Shown here: piece after piece, positions 36,820 through 48,397 of the stretch
How the letters are laid out: the number at the start of each line of letters is the position of its first letter
Numbering within the stretch: position 1 is the stretch's first letter
Assembly (NCBI GenBank): GCA_030704615.1
Contig: CM060732.1
Span: 47,306,001-47,370,000 of the forward strand
From: Takakia lepidozioides
Taxonomy: Eukaryota; Plantae; Bryophyta
Reading direction: 5' to 3'
Length of the DNA stretch: 64,000 nucleotides
Position numbers and translations under genes: made by a program
The notes under the pieces: generated by a model
What the model was told of the DNA's origin: nothing
Databases searched by the model: none
What the model saw: only the letters and a program-made list of their open reading frames with translations

Positions 36820-39492
36820 AGAGGGAAGATACTTTTGTCATGTCAAGACAAGGACGAGACCCCTACGGTCGTTGTCAGGAAAAATAAGAATAATAAGACA
36901 TATCAGCCACTTTTCAGTGGCACCATCCATCAATCATCAAGCTGTAAAATCCAAAATTACCTCCATGCACAATAATAATCTTCATGACCCAAAGAGTAAG
37001 TAAAAATACTGATTGAACACCAATCATAATCAGGATTCAAAGGTCTGGGTGGGATGGTGGGCACTTGGCCACTTGGCCATATTGATGTGTGTGTCCCACA
37101 CAAACCACCATAATCTTTGCCGTCATTGCCAGGTTTATTATCAAGATGAAAGCCAAGTAAACCACGGCCAAAAAACTGATGTGTGTGTCCCACAAACCAT
37201 CATAATCTTTGCCATCATTGTAAGGTTAACCAGGGCCTAAAAACTGATGTGTGTGTCCCACACAAGCCATCATATTCAGCACCTGTATGTTTAACCTAAC
37301 AGGTTGGAGACAAAGCAAAACATGACCCACGAAGTGATGTGTGTGTCCCACATGAACCATCATAATCTTTGCCATTATTGCCATGTATATTAACAAGCTG
37401 AAAGCCAAGTAGACCAGGGCCTAAAAACTGATGTGTGTCCCACACAAGCCACCATAATCTTTGCCATCATTGCCATGTTTAATAACAAGTTGAAAGCCAG
37501 TTAGACCATGGCCTAAGAATTAATGTGTGTGTCCCACACAAGTCACCATCTTCTCAGCCATCATTGAAAGGTTTAAACAAGGCCTAAGAACTGATGTGTG
37601 TGTCCCACACAAGCCATCACATTCAGCACCTGTATGTTAAACCTCAGAGGCTGGAGACAAAGCCAAAAAAGGCTACAAGCTGATGTGTGTATCCCACACG
37701 AACCACCATGGTCTTTGCCATCATTGCCAGGTTTATTAACAAGCTGAAGCCAAGTAAGCGAGGGCCTAAAAACTGATGTGTGTGTCCCTCACAAGCCACC
37801 ATATTCTCAGCCATCATTGCAGGGTTAAACACTGTCCGGGAAGGTACCCAAAGGGCTGCAGCGGACTATAACTTGCAGCACCTATATGTTTACCCTAACA
37901 GACCGGAGGCAAAGTACAGGGCCTAAAAACTGATGTATGTGTCCCACACAAACCACCATAACTCAACCACCATTGCAGGGTTTAAACAATGCACGGGAAG
38001 GTACCCAAAGGGCTGCCGCAAACAATACATTGTAGCGCCTATATGCTTAACCTGACAGGTTGGGGGCAAGGCAAGGCATGGCAAGGCAAGGCGAAGCAAG
38101 GCAAGGCAGTCTTAGCCATCCTTGCAAAACAGGGGCCCTCCACCAATCTGGAAAGGATTACCCACCACAAGTAGCACTATATTGTCCTTCACAGATGAAA
38201 CATAGAGGTAGGATCATGAAAAACATAGAGTAGATTAGTTTTTCAGATTTCAAGATGAATCCACAGCCAGCCACCATCTTCACTCCTCTGTAATCCTCAT
38301 GGCACCCTGCAGCACTTAGCAATCAGCATATTAAGTGGAAGCCCTCACCTGTGCCCGTCCCAAAAACAACCACAACGCATTGTGAGTTAGTGAGGATGCA
38401 CGAGGTGAGTAGCAGGCTTCCACACTTGCTATCGAGGTCAAATACACTTGAATCTAAGCACAGAGAATGCCAAAGAAAGCAGGGAAGCAAGACAAACAGA
38501 AAAAAAAACCTTTTTTTACTGTTTGGGTGATGGTCGCCATCTCTCCACAAGCCCAACCGTGCAGGGAGGTCTCCGCCAACACCACAACACTGCTACCTTA
38601 ACCAAAGCAAAGTCTTGCCAAGCACAAGAAAAAAGAGCTTTGTGTCATAAGGTAGGGTTTATAAAGAGAGGGAGAGAGAGACTTCCTTGTTTTACCAAGA
38701 CGCCGCCATTCATCAAAGATCCAGAGGAGGGCTCCTAGGGAAACTTCACAAGCAGGCAGGTGGTACCTCCGCCATCACTGCCTTTGTTCCCTTGTGCAGC
38801 AAAAAAACAGACAGATGAGACAGTGCCTTCATTCACCTCAAAAGAATTGCCGTCTCCTTAATGAATCCATAGGGGCGGCATTCATAGAGTCTTTAAACAA
38901 CCCGAGGAGCGGCAACTCAACGTAACTGCAGCTCGAGCACCTTCTCCTCCTCCATGCCGCCATTGCGCGATCCTTCAACGCAAGAGGCAGAAATAGGGTT
39001 GCGCAGGGACCTTACCTTGTCTTGCCACAACAGTCATCCACTGTCCGGATGAATTTCATCCAGAATAGCCTTGAACCCGGCGGACAGATTCCAATTTCCA
39101 TCAAGGTAGGATGAGAAAAATCGGGAAATTACACCAAGGTTCAACACATCACAGCTATGGTATAGGCTGGATGAAATCAAGGTAGGCTATACTGAAAAAT
39201 CGTAGGCAGTAATGAAAAATCAGATACGTGCCAAGGTAAAACGGATGAAACCAGGATGAAATTCATCCGGTTTTCCCTGCAACCCATATTTTAAGCACAA
39301 AAAATATGGAAGTCGGGATAACAATTCCATAGACCCAGGTAAGAAAGGGAGAGAGAGGGAGAGAGTGAGAGGGAGACATCAGGGGGCCACAAAGAAAAGA
39401 AGAGAAGGTTGGGGGGGGGGGATTGATTGAGCAGCTGCTGCTGCTCAGTCACTTCCCCCCCCACATTCTTTTTATTTCTTTGTTGCCCCCTC
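36820..39492 (+). repeat. About 2.5-kb repeat, copy A (inverted copy B at 58415-60736)
   Basis: Long near-identical reverse-complement match including the tandem array, the (GGCAA)n tract and the GGATGAA-rich block. Most of 38350-38850 is deleted in copy B. Confidence 0.9.
37084..37965. repeat. Tandem array of about 10 units (67-94 bp period) with core TGATGTGTGTGTCCCACACAA
   Basis: The core recurs at about 37085, 37178, 37245, 37335, 37429, 37523, 37592, 37681, 37774 and 37931. Confidence 0.9.
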
Positions 39493-39499
39493 GCTTGGG

Positions 39500-41000
39500 G
39501 AAACAAAAGGGACAGATCCTACCTCTGTCAGGGGCTGACGTTGGTAGTAAGACTTACCTTCATATATAGAATTAATCCGGGTTTTCTAGATATCCTCTAC
39601 AAATCCCTTCACACAAACATCAATCTGTTGTGTGTTAGTTGCCCAAAAACTAGGCCTCAGAAGGGGCTGGGCTTTTGGCTCAGCCTCGACTTTTTCAAAG
39701 TTAGTAAACAGAGGAAAATTCACAATCCCCTTGATAGATTTGAAGAGAGTGTCTCTTTGGTGAGAGAACCCCGGACAGTGTATCAGAAAATGAATAATGT
39801 CTTCAGGTTTCCCACAGACATGGTTGGACACTACAGCCTCTAAGTCAGATTTATCCAGCAGGATGAAGACTTGCAGTTCCAGGTCCAGGTCCTTGAGAAT
39901 CTCTTCTACTGTCTTCTACCAGGACTTAGCCTATTTGACAGGTCGGTGGGCGGTCCTGTTTCCAAGATATAGAGTCGATTAACTTAGGATATCAGGTGTT
40001 GGACATATGCTGCAACTGAACCCACCATCTGACCTTGAATTTATCTCGTCGGGAGCTTAAAAGAGAGCAGCACAGAAGAGAGGGACAGAGGGACAGAGAG
40101 GGACAGAGAGAGGGAGTGAGAGGAAGACAACAGGGGGCAACAAAGAAAAGAAAAGAAGGTGGGGGAGGGAGCGACTGAGCAGCTGCTGCTGCTCAGTCAC
40201 TCCCGCCCCCCCCACATTTTATTTATTTTTGCTTTGTTGCCCCCTCTCTTGGGGAAACAAAATGGACAGATCCTACCTCTGTCAGGGGCTGACGTTGGTA
40301 GTAAGATTTACCTTCATATATAGAATTAATCCGGGTTTTCCAGATATCCTCTACAAATCCCTTCACACAAGCATCAATTTGCTGTGTGTGAGATGCCCAA
40401 AAATTAGGCCTCAGAAGGGGCTGGGCTTTTGGCTCAGCCTCGATTTTTTCAAAGTTAGTAAACAGAGGTACATGCACAATTCCCTTGATAGATTTGAAGA
40501 GAGCGTCTCTTTGGTGTGAGAACCCCGGACAGTGTATCAGAAAATGAGTACTGTCTTTAGATTGCCCACACAACGGGCAATTACACTCTCCCTTTCTTCT
40601 CTGCTTCTGTTTGCTGTTCAAAGGTAGGCTTCTTGCCTTGAGTTTAAATTTCAGTCTAGTGCCGAGAGTGGGTAGACCCTTGAGGTCATCCAAGATGTCC
40701 TCCCCCATGTCACTGACTGGAAACAAGTTCAGGGAAGTTTTTTGCCTAACTTCATCTTCATCAGACAATCTCATGGCAACAGACATGGTTGGACACTACA
40801 ACCTCTAAGTCAGATTTATCCAGCAGGGTGAAGACTTGCGGTTCCAGGTCCAGGTCCTTGAGAATCTCTTTTAGTATCTTCTACCAGGACTTAGCCTATT
40901 TGACAGATCGGTGGGCGGTCCTATTTCCAAGATATGAGTCGATTAACTTAGGATATCTGGTGTTGGACATATGCTGTAGCTGACCCCACCATCTGACCTC
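39500..41000 (-). mobile_element. Two tandem LINE ORF2 3' fragments with CCHC zinc knuckle
   Basis: FKLKARSLPLN...CNCPLCGQSKDSTHFLIHCPGFSHQR is the C-terminal CCHC knuckle of APE-type LINE ORF2. The copies lie at about 39500-40080 (internally deleted) and 40250-41000. Confidence 0.7.
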
Positions 41001-44000
41001 TCTTATTAATTTTTTCTACCCCCTCTTTCCCTCTGTGGTTTTTTTTTTTTGTGAGCAGCACGAAAGAGAGGGAAGATATACATGTCATGTCAAGACATGG
41101 ACAAGACCGCTAAGGTCATTGTCATTGAAAGACAAAACAGCCATTTACAGGGCACCATCTAACATTCTCTTTCATGTTTACAATCTCATTTGAATACCCC
41201 ATTACATTTCAGGGTCTCTGAAAAAACAGGGCGAGAGGGTGGGATTCCAGGTCATTCATATCATGAAAGCACCATAGTACACATCATCATCTCAAGAATC
41301 CATTTTAAACTCATTTCAAAAACCAGATTGCAGGTTTGTTTTGAAGATGATGTTTTAGAACCAGGATATAAGCAAGATTCTTAAAAATGAAGAAGAAACA
41401 ACAGTGTAGAGCCCCCTTAAGCAGGTATAGGCCTAGAATGGTATTTTAAGGCCATATAAAGTAGTTCTGCCAAGGTGAAAGAGCAGCTCAGAAACCCCAG
41501 TTTGTTATCAAGCCATGAAACCAAAATGATATGAGGGCCTTGAAGAATGTGTGTTATCTATCAAAGCCTATCCTTTTGATCCATCAGAGTCATACCAAGA
41601 GTTCTCATTTCAGAGCCAAGTATCAAGGCAGTCAAAGTAATAACTGCTATTTTGTATCCTTGTATCCTTCATAGCTAAACTCCTACACATGCAAATGTGG
41701 TTGTAAAAAACCATAAACAGGGGTAAGGAGAGAAGCAGATCCTCATTGTAGCAATCTTGGAGCAGGTCTGAAGCGGCATGGTGGCAGTTTGAAACAGCAG
41801 ATGGCATCAGCAGCTTAGGCAGCAGCAGTATCCACACTTGCAAGAACAGGAACTGCAAGCTTCAAGAAATCAAGACAAGTGAAGACCCTCACATGTGCCC
41901 GTCCCAAAAACCACCACATAGCGATGTGTGTTAGTGAGGATGCAGCAGGTAAGTGACAGGTCTTCACAATTGCTATCCATGTCAGTGTTGAATTCTAAAG
42001 CAAGTACAGATCACAATTCAAGCAATGGTAAACTCAAAAAACCTTGAGTGTTTGTGGTATGCCCTGCGCCATGGCGTCCAACAGATTGTCTCCAACAGAA
42101 CGCAATCAGAGTAGAAGCGTTCACAGCTAGAGAGTGGCTCATACACGAAGAGAGAGCAACAAGTAATCTGTAGATAAATAGGGATAGAGTACTTCCCAAC
42201 AAGGAGTAAAAGCGCCGCTGCAAAATAAAGAACCATGAGTTCCTGATCAGAGCAATCACGGCTTTGTCGTCTGCCATAGAAGAATCTGTTTAACCACCAC
42301 TGCGCATCCCAAGAGCCAGCAATCACGAGTACCATGTAGCAGCAGGGGAGCAGGTTTATACGGCGCATCATCAAGGTTCACTGAAGCACGAGTTCAGTGC
42401 TTGAAGTGTGTCGGCCTGCTTAGGGCAAAACTTCCCGATTTTTCATCCAGGATGGATGAAATATCACATTGTACCAAGATAGGCATTTTGTCACTGGATG
42501 ACATCCCATAGAAATGTATCTTTTAGGGTTATGGTATAGGTTTAGGTTTAATAACTGCCATCATTTATGATGGTAGTTTTATTATTCTCTTGGATTTTAT
42601 AATAGGTAACCATTATTTATGTAGATCATCCAGTTTAGATGAAAAAAATAGATGGTAACTCTAGCTTTCTGTATATTAAGTTTCATCATCCAATAAAATA
42701 AAATCATCCAGATTTGGATGAAAAAGGCAGGGATGAAAAACTAAATAACCTCAAAAGGTTAAGGCCAGATGAAATCCAAAGATTTATAGAGGGAGAGGGA
42801 GAGAGGGAGAGAGGGAGAGAGAGAGGGAGTGAGAGGGAGAGATCGGGAAACAAAAAGAAAAAGAGGAAGGTGGGGGGGAGGGAGTGACTGAGTAGCAGCT
42901 GCTCAGTCACTCCCCCCTCCCCCCCTCCCACCTTTTTGTTTTTTCTTTGTTGCCCCCTCTCTCCCTCTGTCTCCCTCTCTACTGGGAATTGGCAGTTTGC
43001 TATCAGTGTTGACTTCTTGTTTTCTCATCCTCTATCAAGTTTTTTCATCCATATCGGATGAGCCACCAGGATGGACACTGAATTACCTCTAGGATGGTTA
43101 TTTTGGCCTTTTCATTCCTCCTTTATTGACTCTCATCCATACCGGATGAGTCACCATGGAAAAAAAGAATTACCTCTATGGAGGTTGCCAACAGCATCCT
43201 GTTTTTCCATCCGTACCGGTTGAAAAACTACCAGGATGATAATTTTTCATTCCTCTTTTATTGACTCTTCCATACCGGATGGTCTGGTGAGGAATGATAG
43301 AATTATCTAGATGGAGGTAAGACGCTGCCACGGATGATGTTCCCTACTTTTCATCCTGACACAAATAATCTGTCTATGGATGATATGATTATGGCCTGGA
43401 ATTGATCTTTACTACCCCTAATTATGATTAATTACGGTGGAAACCCTAACCCCTACCCCAAAACCTATTTTTAACCTTGTTGCAAATGAAATCCGTCAGG
43501 GTATACGGATGCGTCCTACTGTTTTTCATCCACGGATGAATAATCGGGGGACAAAAAACCCTATGTCGTCTCTCCCGCTGTCAGAAGCACGCGATGTGCT
43601 TCTGACTCCTGAGCTCGCGAGGAGAGTGTTATGGCGGACGTGCTTCGGTGGCTGCCCCGTTTGTGGTGTCGTACCCATGTTGGACGAGCGCCTGGGGGGG
43701 CGCGAAGGCGGCACCTTGTCTCTCTTACAGTGGGAAACACCGCTATGAATGCAGTGGCATCTTCCCTCCTCTGGCTTTTTTTGTGCTTAGCAAGGGTGCT
43801 TATGATGGGAAGTTCTCTCCCTCCTTTCTAGTGCCCTTGCGATTGTGCCTGCTTTGCTTCATTGCTTATGTGCTTTGTGGAGGCGGCTTGCTGTGGGTGG
43901 TGATGGCGCATAACCATCTTCCCCAATTGCTTAAGGTGCCTTTGGAGTTTAGGGATTCTCATGTTCTTATTTCTTTCTCTTGCTTTTGAGTTTCTTAGTT

Positions 44001-45099
44001 GACATCGATGACAAGTGTGAGGGTCTGTGATTCACCTGGGGTTCCACAATCCTCACTAACCTGTTGGTTTTTGTGGGGGCTTGTGATGGGACCAGGTGAG
44101 GATCCTCACCTACTTTGAAGTTTCTTGAGCATGCAGATTGGGATATGGGCTGAGGAGACCTATGGGTTTGTGCGCTGTGAGGTGGCTGCTGCCTGCAGCC
44201 CCGATTTCAACCCGACTGCCCCTGGCTTGACATGCTACAGCCTGCGTACTGGCCTTTGTCGTTCTGCCGCCGATGTGCAGCTTGGCTTGACTGGCCTGTT
44301 TCCTGAGGCTTGCATACAAACCATACCCTACCTTTTGATCTTTGACAGCAAAACCTGTGGATTATTAAGCTAGGTTGTAAGTTCTTTTGGCCAAAGAGGA
44401 TCGATCTGGTTTTTGGTGGTATGTTTTTGGCGGTTTTGGGTATCTATGGACCTGGTGGCCTTGAAGTTTAAGGCGGCAGCCTGGTAGGGACTGCCCTGCT
44501 CCTTTTCAGGCCCGCTTCTGATGTGTATTAGATCATAGTAAGGTGTTCTTTGCATGTCTTAGCATGGAACTCTTGAAGGATGAGGATGGTAAGCTGCAAT
44601 GGGATCCTACCTATAGTTTTGGATCTGTCATGACATCGGGCCTATGACCTGCAATCTGGTTTTTTATATACAAAAGAGGCTGGATCTCGGCTGTTCATGC
44701 TGCTTGTCGGTACAAGTCTTGAACCTGCAATTCGACAGACTGCATTCACATTCCCTTGATACCTTGTATGATCACATGTCTCGGGGTGAATACAAATGAT
44801 ATGGAATCTATTTCATCTTGCTCAAGATGGACTGCTTGGTGGCATACTGAGATTCTGACAAACTGCAGGCTGGTCCTTATGCCTTGGCTGATGCATGACC
44901 TGCCATAATTAATGGCTGAAATGGTAAGCTGCTGGTATATGTACAAGCTGAACCAAGAGGCCTTGCAGCCTACACAAGGACAACAATATCTTATCTTGTC
45001 CCACACAAGAACAAACCCCGCCCTCCCACCCTGTTTTGTCTTGGATGATTGGGTGGTGTCTTTTGGGATGATTTGACATGTGATAGAGAGAATTTTTTT

Positions 45100-46440
45100 G
45101 GCCCTACATCTGGGCCTCTTTTGGGCAACATGAGAGAGACATGTCCTGCTGTGCTTTTTTTTTCAAGTTATTCTGGTCCACTGCAACGTTGCTTCGAACC
45201 TGGATTAGCGTGTGTTTGTTTATGGGGATAAAGAGGCTGCCGAACAACCGCTGCTATTGGCAGCAGAGTGAGGTATTCTGTGCATGCCCTGTGATTAGAA
45301 AGGTTATGACAAGAGATCGTTATGAAGAAATTTTGCGTTGCTTGCATTTGGTGGATAACTCAACGCTGGTGATCGATCTTAGCAGTGAGCTGCATTCAAC
45401 AAGATTGGCAAAGTTAGGTGGGCTTGTGCAGAAATTGCTAGTGCCTGCAAATGTCATTGGAACTTGCACAAACTACTGACTGTTGATAAGATCATGATAA
45501 GGTACAAGGGAAAATATTGTGACATACGACAATATATAATGCCTAAGAAGCCAGTGAAGTGGGGCATAAAAGTGTGGGCCCTTGCAGATACTGTCAGTAG
45601 CTATGTGTACGATTCCGGTGTATATTGTGGCAAGAACGGGGGCCTTAATGAGGGCATGAGGGAGAAGTCTGGCAAAGGTGAGGGATACGATGTGGTCACT
45701 CGGCTAGTCTCCATTGCATGGGCTCGGCCATGTGGTGGTAACTGACAATTACTTCATATCACCAGTACAGTTGCTGTATGATATGGCTTTGCTTGGGACA
45801 TGGGCCACTGGCACTGTCAGGCTCAATAGAAAGGGGTTGCCCCCTTCCTTGACTTGCTTGTGCAAATCCAAGACTGCCAAGCAAGGGGACACTTGGTGGC
45901 AAATGCAAGTTGCTGCTTGTTTGTGGTAGGATAAGAAAGGCGTGTTCATGGTGTCATCCGCATCTCAGCTAGCATTAGGCCCCAATTCACCTGTGACGGT
46001 CAGAAGGTTTGTGGGGAATGCCAGGGTGCAAGTGCCTTCTATTCCAATGCATGTTCAGTACCAAACTTACATGCGTGGTGTAGATGTCCAGGACCAGTTG
46101 CGAGGTGCATATAGCATGTAGCTGAAGACTCACAAATGGTGGCATAGAGTGTTGTTTTTCTTTTGGGACACCACGATTGTCAATTCTTATCTCTTGCATG
46201 TCTCTCACATGCGTTGGATGGGGTTGTGTGGGATGACCCATCTTGAGTTTTTGTTGGCCTTGGCACACAGTCTCACGTCAACTACCCAGATTTGTTGTGC
46301 GTCCGATTCATGCAACAGTGTTGACGACCTCGCCAAGTTCCCGCTGGCGTTCCTCTTTGCACAGTCCACTTCGTCGTGTGTGCACTTAATGTGGGCTGCG
46401 TACCCATTACTTTTGTCCCCAGTGTGATAATGCATTCCTG
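45100..46440 (+). pseudogene. piggyBac transposase (DDE_Tnp_1_7 type), decayed
   Basis: Motifs FFKLF, MGIKRLP...YW, MTRDRYEEILRCLH, VDKIMIRYKG, MPKKPVKWGIKVWALAD, VTDNYF.S, ATGTVRLNRKGLP, W.DKK.V, YMRGVDVQDQ, KWWHRVLFF..D..IVNSY and a C-terminal Cys-rich C..C...T.YFC..C. Several frameshifts and stops. Confidence 0.92.
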
Positions 46441-47928
46441 ATAGCTGAAGGAGCAGGGATAGAGTGTGGGTCCAGATTCATCTAAGAGGGCCGGATTTCC
46501 GACGGAGTTAGCACTTGTGGGTTATGTTGGTATCTCCCAGAAGTGCATTCTGGGTTTTAACAAGGTATAATTTTGCTTGTTCATATTACACGTCTGTGCC
46601 TACTTTTGTCAAGAGGTTGTAGAGGACACTTTGTTGCCTCTTAATCGTAGCTCATTGTACTGCAGAATCGCGGTGGTGAGATCTCTCGATGCCTGCGAAC
46701 CAATGATTTGCAGGGGTTCCGAAAGTATGAAAGTATTAAGAAGACATTGTTGCATGAGTTGGTAATTTGATTCTCCCGGGCTTGGATACTTGCTAGTTGT
46801 TTGATGAGTGCCATTGACAATATTATAGTTTTGGCGATAATTAGATCAAATCCTTGAGGGATTGAATCTACATTTTTGCATGTAGTGCTTAGCAATATCG
46901 CGCTTGGAACAATGAAGTATATTTTGGGAATATATTTAGGCAGACTTGTTTGAACACCATGTCACTGTCTGATGTATGAACATCTTTCGAAGGTGAAATG
47001 TCTTCTGAGGTTGTGTTGTGGTGTTTCTATGGATGGCATGTCTGATTGTAGGACCGTGTCTTTCATATTGTATCATATTGTTGCTTATGCTAGTCTATGC
47101 AACAGGGTTGGTGGTAGAATCTTTCTTTGCAACTACGGGATGGGGGGTCGATTTTTTGGTCATTGGAAGATTAATGCATGCTCTATTTCCCTAAAAAGGG
47201 GGGGGGGTGTCTCTTTGTATAGAGGGCCTGTCCTCTTTGCCAATCGATGTGCTTATGAGAGCTCCACATGGTTTGTTTAATTTAAATTAAATATTATTTA
47301 ATAAATTATATGACCTATACTTGTCAGTCACACCTGCTCCAACAAGACCACGTGTAGTGTTGTAGTGATATAGTCATACCCATAGTTGTGTACTACTCCA
47401 CTGCACCATCAGGCAACCATCAGGCAATGATCTCACATGTCACGCAGATGCCTCTCCATGTAGATGCTACATGTCACATCCGGGGGATCACACGTGTCAT
47501 GGAGATGCCTGCATCTCCATGTAGGCGCTCTGCTGTAGTGATGTAGTTGTAACTGCAGTCATAACATTGAGTCGTGTACCAAACCCTACATCAGTATGCG
47601 TCGATGGGCAAGTGCCACGTCCTCAGCGACGACCATGACTTCGCATTTATCACTCTGTAGTGATGGTAGAACTGACATAGTTTTTTTCACTGCAAAGTGA
47701 TGTAATCATAAAAGCACTTATCATTGCAAATGCAGTGATATCCGTAGTCATAAAAATGTTAATGTGTACTAGTGACCATAAATTACGCATGCTTAGTCAA
47801 GAGTCTTCCTTCTATATAAACAAATTCACTAATCGTAAGTAGAAATATGGTTTTTGAAATCACATCAACGAGTATAGAGGAGGAAGAAGATTTTTGCTGA
47901 AGCAAGGGTAATTTATAATGCTACTTAA

Positions 47929-48022
47929 CCCTTAAGGGCCCGCCATTGGACAAATTTCAGCCCCCAGAAAATTAGTAACCTATGGTGAGTAAATTGAGGC
48001 TACACACCGAAACGGCCCTTAA
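47929..48022. mobile_element. piggyBac-type MITE (about 97 bp; last 3 bp and TTAA displaced to 62513-62519)
   Basis: TTAA|CCCTTAAGGGCC ... GGCCCTTAA, completed by GGG|TTAA at 62513-62519, gives a perfect 12-bp TIR pair. Confidence 0.75.
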
Positions 48023-48365
48023 CCCCTAAACGACGAGAGCTATTTTTGGACAAAAGCTGGGTTCACCCTGACAGGAAAGGCTGTATCTGCCTACCCCCAT
48101 CCATGTATGGATGAACCGTTGAAACTTGTCTTTATCTAGTACATGCACAAGCATCCCAAATCCCAGCAAATTTGACCGTTCCATTTGGGATATTACAGCA
48201 AAAAGTGAGGGCCATTTTGTACAAAAATCCAAAAAGTGTCCCAAAACTGCACTTTGACCAAGCTTGTAGGCAATGTTGCAAAATTTTCCAGGGCAAATGC
48301 CCTCCATATTCATTTACCTCCTCACATCCCCAGGCACTGTCAAAATTTCAGGACAATCCGACAAG

Positions 48366-48397
<32 letters not shown>

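Noticed and set aside
37084-37965. CRISPR-like look (conserved hairpin repeat with intervening sequences)
   Set aside because: The spacers are homologous to each other, the context is eukaryotic and there are no cas genes; this is a tandem repeat.
47340-47774. TGTAGTGAT-rich tract ending in GTACTAGTG, a possible CACTA-type end
   Set aside because: No partner TIR or TSD found in the window.
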